Shown: positions 20,550 to 29,202, counted from the stretch's first letter. The stretch: 64,000 nt of DNA from Desulfobacterales bacterium (GCA_963674755.2 CAXXVS010000003.1:2208001-2272000), one strand, 5' to 3'. Translations and numbers: made by a program. The notes: generated from the sequence alone by a model not told the origin.

Positions 20550-20912
20550 ATGCACGCCGACGACCAGGGCCCTCCGGCCGATCAGGGACGGGACCGGCGG
20601 CTGCGCCGCATTGCCGGGCAGGACGTCTACGTCGACTGGGAGGATTTCCTGTGGGACCCCCAGGATTGGAGTGAGGCGATGGCCCTGGCCCTGGCCCGCG
20701 AGAGCGGGATGGACGGCCTCGACGACGCCCACTGGCGGGTGATCCGGTTCATGCGCGGGTTTTACTTTTATCATGGCCGGGCGCCCATGAACAAAGACCT
20801 GCGTAAAGGCACCGGGATGAGCCTGATGGCCCTGAAGGCCTTGTTTCCCCAGGGGATCCGCCAAGGTGCCCGGCGTCTGGCGGGGCTGCCCAATCCCAAG
20901 GCCTGTCTCTGA
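20550..20912 (+). CDS. TusE/DsrC-fold sulfur carrier
   Basis: DWSEAMA...HWRVIRFMR...LFP...ARRLAGLPNPKACL; only the penultimate Cys present. Confidence 0.88.
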   Translation: MHADDQGPPADQGRDRRLRRIAGQDVYVDWEDFLWDPQDWSEAMALALARESGMDGLDDAHWRVIRFMRGFYFYHGRAPMNKDLRKGTGMSLMALKALFPQGIRQGARRLAGLPNPKACL

Positions 20913-21010
20913 GCCTGGCCACCCAAGGCCGGTGGATGCCAGGAAAGAGGGTGCTTCGCCCGGGACGCTCCGGTCCGGGGGACATCAAGGCACGCAAGAG
21001 GGGAACACGT

Positions 21011-22153
21011 GTGATTTATCTGGACAATGCGGCCACCACCTTTCCCAAGCCCCGTGGTCTGCTGGACCGGATGGTGGCGGACTATGCCGCGATCGGTGTT
21101 TCGCCGGGCCGGGGCAGCTATGATATGGCCATGGCCGCCGAGGATGTGATCCACGCCGCGCGTACCAAGTTGGCCGCCTTTTTTGGCGCGCCTGATCCCC
21201 GACACGTGATTTTTACGTCCAATGCCACAGACGCTTTGAACCTGGCCCTGATGGGCTCCCTCAAGGCCGGCGACCACGTCGTCACCACCCGCCTGGAGCA
21301 CAACGCCGTGCTGCGGCCCCTATATCACCTGCAGCGGAAGGGCGACATCACCCTGAGCCTCGTGCCCTTCGGCGGTAAGGGCTTCATCGATCCGGACGAC
21401 ATTGCCCGGGCCATCCGGCCGGAAACCCGGCTGGTGGTGGTCAATCATGCCTCCAATGTGCTGGGAACGGTTCAGCCGGTGGCAGCCGTGGGCGCGATCT
21501 GCGCGGAACGCGGGGTGGCCCTGTTGGTGGATGCCTCCCAGAGCGCCGGTCAGGTGCCCGTTGACATGGCGGCCTTGCAGGCTTCGGCCGTGGCCTTCAC
21601 CGGCCACAAATCCCTCTACGGACCGACCGGCACCGGTGGATTGATCCTGCACCCGGATTTCGAGGTGCGCTCCACGCGTTTCGGGGGGACCGGCATCGAA
21701 TCCCGCAGCCCGGTCCATACCCAGGATTTCCCCTACCGTCTGGAAGCCGGCACCTCCAACCTGATGGGGATCATCGGCCTTGCCCTGGCTGTCGATGATC
21801 TGCTCGATACAGGTTTGGAGGCCATACGCCGGCAGGAGATGGCCCTGACCCGCCGGCTGGTGGAAGGGCTGCGTCGCCTGGAGGGGGTCCGGTTATACGG
21901 CGCCGAAGACCTGGATTACCATCTGGCCGTCATCGCGGCCAATGTCGACGGGATCGCGCCGGAGGACGTGGGGGCCATTCTCGATGCGGACTTCGACATT
22001 GCTGTACGGGTGGGGCTGCACTGTGCGCCCCTGGTGCACCAGGATTTGGGAACCGAGGCGCAGGGGGCCGTACGGTTTAGCCTGGGACGGTATAATACGG
22101 CCGGCGACATCGGCTACACCATCGACGCCATGGCCCAGATCGCACGGTCGTAA
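21011..22153 (+). CDS. Cysteine desulfurase family (class V PLP enzyme)
   Basis: IYLDNAATTFPKP, EHNAV, DASQ, FTGHKSL, EAGT, RVGLHCAP; GTG 21011. Confidence 0.92.
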   Translation: MIYLDNAATTFPKPRGLLDRMVADYAAIGVSPGRGSYDMAMAAEDVIHAARTKLAAFFGAPDPRHVIFTSNATDALNLALMGSLKAGDHVVTTRLEHNAVLRPLYHLQRKGDITLSLVPFGGKGFIDPDDIARAIRPETRLVVVNHASNVLGTVQPVAAVGAICAERGVALLVDASQSAGQVPVDMAALQASAVAFTGHKSLYGPTGTGGLILHPDFEVRSTRFGGTGIESRSPVHTQDFPYRLEAGTSNLMGIIGLALAVDDLLDTGLEAIRRQEMALTRRLVEGLRRLEGVRLYGAEDLDYHLAVIAANVDGIAPEDVGAILDADFDIAVRVGLHCAPLVHQDLGTEAQGAVRFSLGRYNTAGDIGYTIDAMAQIARS

Positions 22154-22265
22154 GCGGCTAACGCGGTAAACGATCCTATCATCGTAGCGCAGCCGCATTC
22201 CTACGGCAAGCGGGCCCTGTCGGGCGGCCCGGCCTTTCAGCGGCCCGGATTCCGCATCAGAGATC

Positions 22266-22781
22266 TTACGCCGATCGGCCCCCGCCTTTCGCGTCCCTCG
22301 GCAGGGGAACCACCAGCACGGGCCGCTGGGCCCGGCGCAGGACCCGGCGGGCCACGCTGCCCATGAAGGTATTCTCCAGGGCGCCCTTGCCGTGGGTGCC
22401 CATGACGATCAGGTCGCAGTCCTCATCACGGGCCTCCTTAAGAATTTCTTCGGCGGGGAACCCCTCCCGCACCTCAATCTTCTCCACCCGGGCCATCAGA
22501 TCCGGATCGAAGCGGCATTCATCTTGGCACATCTGATCCAGCCGTTGGCGAATCTGTTCGATATAGTAGACAATCTGTTTTTCATTCCGAGCCTTCATTT
22601 CGGTATGCTCCATGATCGAGGAGAGCAGGGCGTAAGTAGTGGGTGAAGGCGCCTCCACCACGTGCAGGATGGTCATGCGGGCGTTGTTCTGGCGCGCGAT
22701 TTTGCTGGCATAGCGCATGGCGTGGGCCGAATTGGGGGATAGATCGGTGGCATAGAGGATGTGCTGAATTTCCGGCGGCAT
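22266..22781 (-). CDS. Universal stress protein
   Basis: ILYATDLSPNS, GFPAEEIL, DLIVMGTHG, MGSVARRVL, PVLVVP. Confidence 0.92.
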   Translation of the reverse strand: MPPEIQHILYATDLSPNSAHAMRYASKIARQNNARMTILHVVEAPSPTTYALLSSIMEHTEMKARNEKQIVYYIEQIRQRLDQMCQDECRFDPDLMARVEKIEVREGFPAEEILKEARDEDCDLIVMGTHGKGALENTFMGSVARRVLRRAQRPVLVVPLPRDAKGGGRSA

Positions 22782-22945
22782 GGCGGGTCTCCTTTGCAGT
22801 GGGGGTTCCGTATGCGTCCGGCAGAAAACCGCGGCGCAGGGCAGAACCGCTGTGGCTGCTTTCAAATTAAGACGCCGCGGATTGGTTGGCAACGCCTGGA
22901 AGGGTGCGGGCAGCGCCTTCCGGGCCGGCCGGCGGAAACAACTCC

Positions 22946-23803
22946 CTATACGCCTATTTTTTGAAACGCCGCGCCCACATAATCGGCAAAACAGGCGGCC
23001 ACTTCATTTCCGGCGGAGGGTCCCTGGTGGAGGCTGACCTCGGAAACCGGCAGGAGAGGAAAGCCCTCTTCGGGCGCCAGAATGCGAAGACTTTCATTCA
23101 GTGTGCTGCGTCCGATGGGGGCCACTGCCAGTCCGGCGCGCACCGCGGCCTGGATGCCGGCCATGCTGGGGCTGACAAAGGCGATCCAGCAGGCGCGCTG
23201 TTCCCTCTGCAGCGCTTCCAGGGCCCATTGCCGGTATGAGCAGCCCTCGTCGTAGACGGCCAGGGGCAGCGGGTCCAGCATGTGGGCCCGGCCGGTGCGG
23301 GCCGTGGCCCACACCACGGCTTCACGGTGCACCACACGGCCGCCCGTGGCGACACCTTCCAGGAGGCAGAGATCCAGATCATCGCGCTGCAGCAACTGAT
23401 ATAGGCGATGTCCGGGCGCACTCCGAATTTCCACCCGGATGCGGGGGTAGGCCTTTCTGAAATCCGACAATATTGACGGCAGGAAGCGGGCGGCATAGTC
23501 CTCGGCGCAGCCGAAGCGGAGGCGGCCCACCAGTTCGGGCTGCGCAAAGGCGGCCACGGCGGCGTTGTGGGCCGCCAGGATGTGATGGGCGTGCTCCTGC
23601 AGCATTTCGCCCGCCGGGGTCAAGTGAAAGCGGCGGCCGTTTTTCTGGAACAGGGGGCGATCGACGATCTCCTCAAGCCGTTTCATCTGCATGCTCACCG
23701 CAGACTGGGTGATGTGCAGGATTTCGCCCGCCCGGGTGAAGCTGTTGGCCTCGGCCACCGTGGCAAAGGTCCGAAGCAGGGCGATGGGCAGTTCGGTATT
23801 CAT
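22946..23803 (-). CDS. LysR-family regulator
   Basis: LLRTFATVAEANSFTRAGEILHITQSAVSMQMKRLE. Confidence 0.95.
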   Translation of the reverse strand: MNTELPIALLRTFATVAEANSFTRAGEILHITQSAVSMQMKRLEEIVDRPLFQKNGRRFHLTPAGEMLQEHAHHILAAHNAAVAAFAQPELVGRLRFGCAEDYAARFLPSILSDFRKAYPRIRVEIRSAPGHRLYQLLQRDDLDLCLLEGVATGGRVVHREAVVWATARTGRAHMLDPLPLAVYDEGCSYRQWALEALQREQRACWIAFVSPSMAGIQAAVRAGLAVAPIGRSTLNESLRILAPEEGFPLLPVSEVSLHQGPSAGNEVAACFADYVGAAFQKIGV

Positions 23804-23957
23804 CAATATTCCTTATTCAAACCATCAAAACAATTCATTTGTCTTATGGATAGCCCTATCTTATCTTCGGGTTCAGATCAAGGGGGAAAGCGATCCTCCT
23901 CGAGAAGGTCATGGGCCTGGCCCGATGGAAAGACGAGGCCCGGAAAGGGAGTCGAGC

Positions 23958-24203
23958 ATGAAAGATACCATTCGCAAAGACGATTTCAACCCCATATGGT
24001 CCGCCCTCCGGCTGCCAGGCTCGGGATGGGTTTCCGAACTGTTGACCGGCCATCTCGCCCGATCCAACCGGATCACACCGCGATCAAGACGAAACCTGAA
24101 GGTCACCAAAGGCAGGGCTGCCGACAGTCGCCGGACGACTTGCCAGGACAGATCGCAGCGACCCGAGCTTTGCGCCTGTTGCGCCGCCGCCAGCTGCTCT
24201 TGA
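23958..24203 (+). CDS. Small hypothetical protein with Cys-rich tail
   Basis: RBS AAGGGAG before ATG 23958; 81 aa ending ELCACCAAASCS; first ORF divergent from LysR. Confidence 0.4.
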   Translation: MKDTIRKDDFNPIWSALRLPGSGWVSELLTGHLARSNRITPRSRRNLKVTKGRAADSRRTTCQDRSQRPELCACCAAASCS

Positions 24204-24298
24204 ACCGGATCGGGAACAGGGTCAGGATTGACAAGGGCGAGGGCGGTAAAAGTCCGGCAAGGCCCATGGATAATCTTCAAACAGATAAGGAGCACAGA

Positions 24299-24637
24299 AT
24301 GACCGCAACGGAAGACCTGGAGGAAATCCGAGAACAATTCCTGGACTTTTTTGAGCTTGTTCCGGAAACCGGCGCCAAGTTCCGCGACCACTACGAGCAT
24401 ATTTATCGGGACGGCCTCTTCGATGCCAAAACCAAACGGCTGATGGCGTTGTGCGGGGGCATCATTGCGGGGTGTAAAGGGTGCATTCTGGGGCAGACGG
24501 ACCATGCCCTAAAACAAGGCGCCACCGCTGCCGAGACCCTGGAAGTCTGCACGGTGGCGATCTCCTTAGGGGGGACCCTGGCCGGGTCGCAGATTGCAAT
24601 GGTGGTCGCCTTTCTCAAAGAAAAGCAGATGATTTAG
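24299..24637 (+). CDS. Carboxymuconolactone decarboxylase/AhpD-like protein
   Basis: DAKTKRLMAL, GCKGC, ALKQGATAAE; RBS TAAGGAG. Confidence 0.88.
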   Translation: MTATEDLEEIREQFLDFFELVPETGAKFRDHYEHIYRDGLFDAKTKRLMALCGGIIAGCKGCILGQTDHALKQGATAAETLEVCTVAISLGGTLAGSQIAMVVAFLKEKQMI

Positions 24638-24746
24638 TGCGAAGCCGCCTGAAGGGATTTATGAAAGCGTCTGTGAGTGTTCACACCCGAAAGCGCTCCA
24701 TAAAAGGAAATTTGGCGTTTGCCGCAAGGAAACGATAGGCATGCCG

Positions 24747-24774
24747 GAGAAGGGGGCCTTGAAGCCCCCTTCTC
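24747..24774. terminator. Hairpin between convergent genes
   Basis: GAGAAGGGGGC-cttgaa-GCCCCCTTCTC, perfect 11-bp stem. Confidence 0.7.
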
Positions 24775-24859
24775 TCCACTTATTCTGACGCTGCTATATC
24801 TTCCCCCAGAGGATGGTCGGTGTTATCCCGCTTGGTGAAAGACGGCCCAGCGGCGCCGA

Positions 24860-25621
24860 TCAGCTGCAGTCACCAGGGCCGTTGCCGGTCCCGTCGGCCG
24901 GTCCGTCGCCGTCATTGCCTGTTCCGTCTCCGGGGCCATAGCCGCCATTCGTACCGGAACCGCTGTTGCCATTGCCTGCTGTACCGGCGCCATTGCCGGT
25001 GCCGTCGGAAGGCCCGTCACCATCGTTGCCGGTGCCATCGCCCGGGCCATAGCCGCCGTTGTCGCCACTGCCCGCATTTCCATTGGCGGCCAGGAGGAGA
25101 GAATTTGCGACACCTACGGCGCCGCAGTCACCCGGTCCGCTGCCGGTGCCGTCGGCCGGCCCGTCACCATCATCGCCGGTGCCGTCGCCCGGGCCATAGC
25201 CGCCGTTGTCGCCACTGCCCGCATTTCCATTGGCGGCCAGGAGGAGAGAGCTCGCGGCTCCCACGACACTGCAGTCACCCGGTCCGTTGCCTGTTCCGTC
25301 GGCCGGCCCGTCACCATCATCGCCGGTGCCGTCGCCCGGGCCATAGCCGCCGTTGTCGCCACTGCCCGCATTTCCATTGGCGGCCAGGAGGAGAGAGCTC
25401 GCGGCTCCCACGACACTGCAGTCACCCGTTCCATTGCCGGATCCGTCAGCCGGTCCGTCGCCGTCATTGCCTGTTCCGTCACCCGGGCCGTAGCCGCCGT
25501 TCTGAGCCAGAAGGGCAGTAGCGCCGTGATCGGCGACCGCATTGTCTGACCCCCAGGCGGGCATGCATAAAAATCCGATTGCCAATACCACAACGCTCAT
25601 CTTCAGAAATTCTTTCAACAT
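24860..25621 (-). CDS. Secreted Gly/Asp/Asn-rich tandem-repeat protein
   Basis: Signal peptide MLKEFLKMSVVVLAIGFLCMPAWG; five NGGYGPGDGTG(N/D)DGDGP(A/S)DG cores; RBS AAAGGA. Confidence 0.8.
   Translation of the reverse strand: MLKEFLKMSVVVLAIGFLCMPAWGSDNAVADHGATALLAQNGGYGPGDGTGNDGDGPADGSGNGTGDCSVVGAASSLLLAANGNAGSGDNGGYGPGDGTGDDGDGPADGTGNGPGDCSVVGAASSLLLAANGNAGSGDNGGYGPGDGTGDDGDGPADGTGSGPGDCGAVGVANSLLLAANGNAGSGDNGGYGPGDGTGNDGDGPSDGTGNGAGTAGNGNSGSGTNGGYGPGDGTGNDGDGPADGTGNGPGDCS
24866..25504 (-). repeat. In-frame tandem repeat (147-bp units, last unit 111 bp)
   Basis: CCATAGCC anchors at 24936, 25047, 25194, 25341 (spacings 111, 147, 147); a fifth variant near 25488. Confidence 0.9.
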
Positions 25622-26091
25622 GGTCATTCCTTTCGCTTGCTGCTAGATAGATAAAAATGTGTGAGAACCTCACACAGGCGGTTGACGATAAATGTAAGAT
25701 GGGCCGCGGGAGATGCTGAAACGACTTCCGGCCTCATAAGGGCTGTAAATATGGTCATGGACGTCATTAGGTGGGAAGACCGCACCAAAATCATTTACTG
25801 CTACAACGCGATTTCTTCTGGAAGGTTACAAGTTTTTTTCACTAGTCATATGGCAGAAGAAAATCATTCCTCGGATGGTGAGCGGCTAGGCCGCAGGACG
25901 CCAGCGCCACGTGCCCGCGCCACGTAATGGATCGGTTGAAGGCGTTGTGGGACACCAAAGCCCTTTGGTGAACCTGATCGTCGGGAGCAATGGCGCCATA
26001 TCGGTCCAAGACGTTCAGATCCGTTTCAATTGTCTTCGGGCGGGCAGATATATGGGAAATGGTCAATCCGGCACGGCGCCGAAATAAGCGA

Positions 26092-26119
26092 TCGGGGAGA
26101 AGCCCGGGCTTCTCCCCGA
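26092..26119. terminator. Perfect 28-bp palindrome, probable terminator of the minus-strand lipoprotein gene
   Basis: TCGGGGAGAAGCCC|GGGCTTCTCCCCGA. Confidence 0.55.
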
Positions 26120-26125
26120 AGAGCC

Positions 26126-26230
26126 TTAACAGGCCATGGATAAACGGCGCCTCAGGCCGAAATGCGGCGTTGTCTCGCGCAGCGGACGGCGCCTCCCCCT
26201 TCGACCTGTTGGTTATCCACAGCCTGTTAA
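26126..26230. mobile_element. Putative 105-bp MITE-like element
   Basis: Terminal inverted repeats TTAACAGGCCATGGATAA and TTATCCACAGCCTGTTAA (16/18 complementary); no ORF inside. Confidence 0.4.
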
Positions 26231-26259
26231 AGCGGACTTTTCAGTCCGATTGGCATCGA

Positions 26260-26559
26260 CTAGGGGGTGAAAGGAAGAATTTCGGTGATGGTCAAGGTTC
26301 GCTGGCCGTCCTGTTCCAGGACGGTGCCTTTGATTTCGATCTTCTGCCGGGGCATGTCCAGCAACTCGGCGGTCTTCTCATTGATGGCCAGATCGTAAGC
26401 CTGGCCGGCCTCATCGACAAACTGATTGCCTGCATTCAAAGCCCCTGACAATTGGACTTCGGTTTCAGCCGTGTGCTGATCGCCGGCGCATGAGATACCG
26501 GTGAGAAGCATCAGGGCGGTCATCAGAACGATCAAGCCAAGTGAAATGTTTCGTTCCAT
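26260..26559 (-). CDS. Small exported protein / putative lipoprotein (possible OB-like beta fold)
   Basis: Hydrophobic N-terminus ending GISC; KIEIKGTV...TLTITEI; RBS AAAGGAAG. Confidence 0.7.
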   Translation of the reverse strand: MERNISLGLIVLMTALMLLTGISCAGDQHTAETEVQLSGALNAGNQFVDEAGQAYDLAINEKTAELLDMPRQKIEIKGTVLEQDGQRTLTITEILPFTP

Positions 26560-26926
26560 ACTTCCTTTCCTTTCTCCTTTTTCAGCAGTTGACGGTTCCG
26601 GACGCGATGAATGGTTTTTGGGGATGATGGCATCCGGAGCCATGATCGACACGGGACCCATTCCTTACAAGAGGCATGCCAGGAGATTCAAAGAGAAGAT
26701 AAAATGGGAAGAAGAAAAGCAAAGAAGAAAATAACTGCCCGATACGTTTGGTTTTATACCCGAAGCGAACAACAGCAGGTGCTCGTGCTGGAGATTGTTT
26801 TGGTTGCGGCCATCGTCTCAGCGGCAAGCTTTTCCCCCGCCTGCTGAAGGGTCCTCCCTACACCCCTGTATAGCAAAGATCACAAAAGGAATTAGCGAAC
26901 AGGATGTCCGTTCTTTTACCGCCTAA

Positions 26927-26946
26927 TTGGGAAAATATTTGCCCAA
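26927..26946. promoter_or_regulatory. Palindromic regulator site
   Basis: TTGGGAAAATATTTGCCCAA, one mismatched pair from a perfect 20-bp palindrome. Confidence 0.55.
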
Positions 26947-27037
26947 TATGATAAGAAAGCGGTGTTGTCCAACTTTATGCACGCGAAATAAAACAACAAA
27001 ATCAAATACATAAAATAAATTCAGCGCAAAGGATGGT

Positions 27038-27053
27038 TGGCGCGTTTTTTGAA
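27038..27053 (+). promoter_or_regulatory. Possible sigma54 promoter (variant -12)
   Basis: TGGCGCGTTTTTTGAA, GG-N10-GA. Confidence 0.4.
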
Positions 27054-27115
27054 CTCACAGCCTATAGAAAGGATAGTGCGCCATGCCTCAGTGGCGCCAG
27101 GGATGACGATACGCT

Positions 27116-28903
27116 ATGCGGCATGAAATATCACGACGGATTTTAAAGCCGGTTTTGGTTATGCTGGTGAGCGGCCTCTTGTTCTCGGCCGGTTGGTTTC
27201 CCCCAGGCGTGCGGGCGGACGACTGGCCGTTGGCCGCGGCCATCGAGGTCGAGCAGCGCCTGCAACCCCGGGTAATGGATGGGGTGGCGCTAAGCCGCGA
27301 TCAGGGTGCCAATCTGTGCGGCGCGCTGGCCCGCTTTTATCGCTATCGCAATTATGCGCCGGCCTGGGTGGACCGCTACGGTCTGCTGCCGGAGGCTGCG
27401 CTGGCCCTTGCGGTTCTCAAACAGGCTGACAATCAGGGGCTGCGCTACGCCGATTATTACGACTCCTGGGTGGATGACGTTTTAGGCGGGATGATCACGC
27501 GGCCGGTGATTCTGGGGGCGTCCTTCGACGGCAAGCAGGTCCAGCTCGATCTGACCTTGACCGATATGGTTCTGCGTTATGCCTACGACCGCGCCCTGGG
27601 GCGCATCGATCCCCACACGATTGCAGACCGCAGGGGCGCGGCCGCTCCCTCCCCGTCACGCGATCTGGCGCAGGAATTGGCGGAAATGCTGGACCGCGGC
27701 CGTTTGGCGGCCTTTTTCGAGAGGTTGGGGCCGCAACAGACGGCTTATCAGGCCTTGCGGAACAGTCTGCCGCGCTACAGGAAAATCGCGGCCGCCGGCG
27801 GCTGGGCGACCATCGATGAGGGGCCCAAACTGCAGCGGGGGGATTGCGATCCGCGGGTGGTTCAGCTCAGGGACCGCCTGGCCGTTTCCGGTGATGCCCG
27901 TCTTTCATCCGAATTCATGTCCCCGTGTTTCGATGATCGTCTGGCGGAGGCGGTGGCACGCTTTCAACACCGTCATGGACTGCATCCGGACGGGGTCGTG
28001 GGGGAGCGGACCCTGGCGGCGCTGAATGTTCCCGTGGAAACGCGTATCCGCCAGATTCAGGTGAATCTGGAGCGTTGGCGCTGGATGCCCGAAGACCTGG
28101 GGCCGCGTTATGTCCTGGCCAATATCCCCGGTTTCCAGCTTCAAATGGTCGACGACGGCCAGGTGGTTAAAACCCTGCGCACCATCGTGGGCAAGCAGGA
28201 TCGGCCCACCCCCGTGCTCACCAGCATGATCACCTATCTCGAAATCAATCCCTACTGGCATGTTCCGCCCACCATCGCCGGCAAGGACCTGCTTCCCAAA
28301 ATCCAGGCCGATCCCTCCTTTTTAACCCGCCAGCATTTCCGCGTTTTCGACGGCTGGGACGCGGAGGCCCACGAAATCAGCCCGTATGCCGTCGACTGGT
28401 CGGCTTTAAGCGAACGCCATTTTCCTTATCGGCTGCGCCAGGAGCCGGCGGCCGGCAATGCCCTGGGGCGTGTCAAAATCATGTTTCCCAATGATGACAG
28501 TGTCTACATTCACGATACCCCCGCCCGAAGTCTTTTCAACCGGACAGCCCGCTCGTTTTCTTCCGGCTGTGTGCGGGTGGAAGAGCCGTTGACCCTGGCC
28601 GGTCTGCTGCTGAGCCGCCAGGGCTGGGATCAAGACCGGCTGGCCCAGGCCGTGGCGGCCCATGACCGTCAGGTCGTCCCCCTGGAAGAACCGGTGCCCG
28701 TTTACCTGGTCTACTGGACGGCCTGGGCCGACCCCAACGGTGACATCCATTTCCGGGACGATATCTACGGACGCGACCAGACCCTGCTGGAGGCCATGAC
28801 CGCGCCTCCCGCCCTGCACACAACCTGCCGCAATGTCGAACCGCATCCCACCTACCTGGGAGATTATCGTGCCGGGGGATGGAGGGGGGCTTATTCGTTT
28901 TGA
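27116..28903 (+). CDS. ldtD: L,D-transpeptidase (YcbB/LdtD-like) with peptidoglycan-binding domain
   Basis: AVARFQHRHGLHPDGVVG, NLERWRW, NPYWHVP, YIHDTP, SSGCVRV, FRDDIYGRD. Confidence 0.9.
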   Translation: MRHEISRRILKPVLVMLVSGLLFSAGWFPPGVRADDWPLAAAIEVEQRLQPRVMDGVALSRDQGANLCGALARFYRYRNYAPAWVDRYGLLPEAALALAVLKQADNQGLRYADYYDSWVDDVLGGMITRPVILGASFDGKQVQLDLTLTDMVLRYAYDRALGRIDPHTIADRRGAAAPSPSRDLAQELAEMLDRGRLAAFFERLGPQQTAYQALRNSLPRYRKIAAAGGWATIDEGPKLQRGDCDPRVVQLRDRLAVSGDARLSSEFMSPCFDDRLAEAVARFQHRHGLHPDGVVGERTLAALNVPVETRIRQIQVNLERWRWMPEDLGPRYVLANIPGFQLQMVDDGQVVKTLRTIVGKQDRPTPVLTSMITYLEINPYWHVPPTIAGKDLLPKIQADPSFLTRQHFRVFDGWDAEAHEISPYAVDWSALSERHFPYRLRQEPAAGNALGRVKIMFPNDDSVYIHDTPARSLFNRTARSFSSGCVRVEEPLTLAGLLLSRQGWDQDRLAQAVAAHDRQVVPLEEPVPVYLVYWTAWADPNGDIHFRDDIYGRDQTLLEAMTAPPALHTTCRNVEPHPTYLGDYRAGGWRGAYSF

Positions 28904-28916
28904 TTAAAACCTTGTG

Positions 28917-29202
28917 CCTCTGGTGGCGGACCCAGAGAGGTTCGACCGATCCAGGGAGCGTTTTTATAAGCGGATTCTTCATTTTCTTGCACGTGCAAGA
29001 AAACAGAAGCAAAAGAAACCGCCCGTGTCCCGCTTAACCCTGCGCGTCGTCGCGACGGCCGGAGCACGCGGAAACTCGCCCCGCCTTCGCTAAAGCTACG
29101 GCGTGACTCAAACAGTCCGCGCGCTTTTATCCATCCGCCCCGCCGATGCTCAGCGCGGAACAAAGGGAAACCTGAAAACCGAAGGTAAAAAACCTTTTTC
29201 AG
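28917..29202 (+). repeat. Structured intergenic repeat, copy 1
   Basis: Shares GCCCGTGTCCCGC, CCTGCGCGTCGTC, GCGGAAACTCGC, ACAGTCCGCGC, TTTTATCC and CCGATGCTC blocks with copies at 58816 and 63779. Confidence 0.9.

Noticed and set aside
20550..20912. Dissimilatory dsrC
   Set aside because: Second conserved C-terminal Cys is missing and no dsr genes are nearby.
24201..24203. Selenocysteine read-through at TGA after Cys-rich tails (also 38295 and 20910)
   Set aside because: No convincing SECIS-like hairpin or meaningful downstream frame.
24866..25504. CRISPR array or non-coding satellite
   Set aside because: Units are 147 or 111 bp, in frame, without unique spacers; no cas genes.
24820..25521. 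Arg/His/Cys-rich 233-aa plus-strand ORF
   Set aside because: Antisense shadow of the repeat protein, which has the signal peptide and RBS.
26213..26221. DnaA box suggesting oriC
   Set aside because: Only one perfect box, no dnaA/gidA context or unwinding element; it lies in an inverted-repeat arm.
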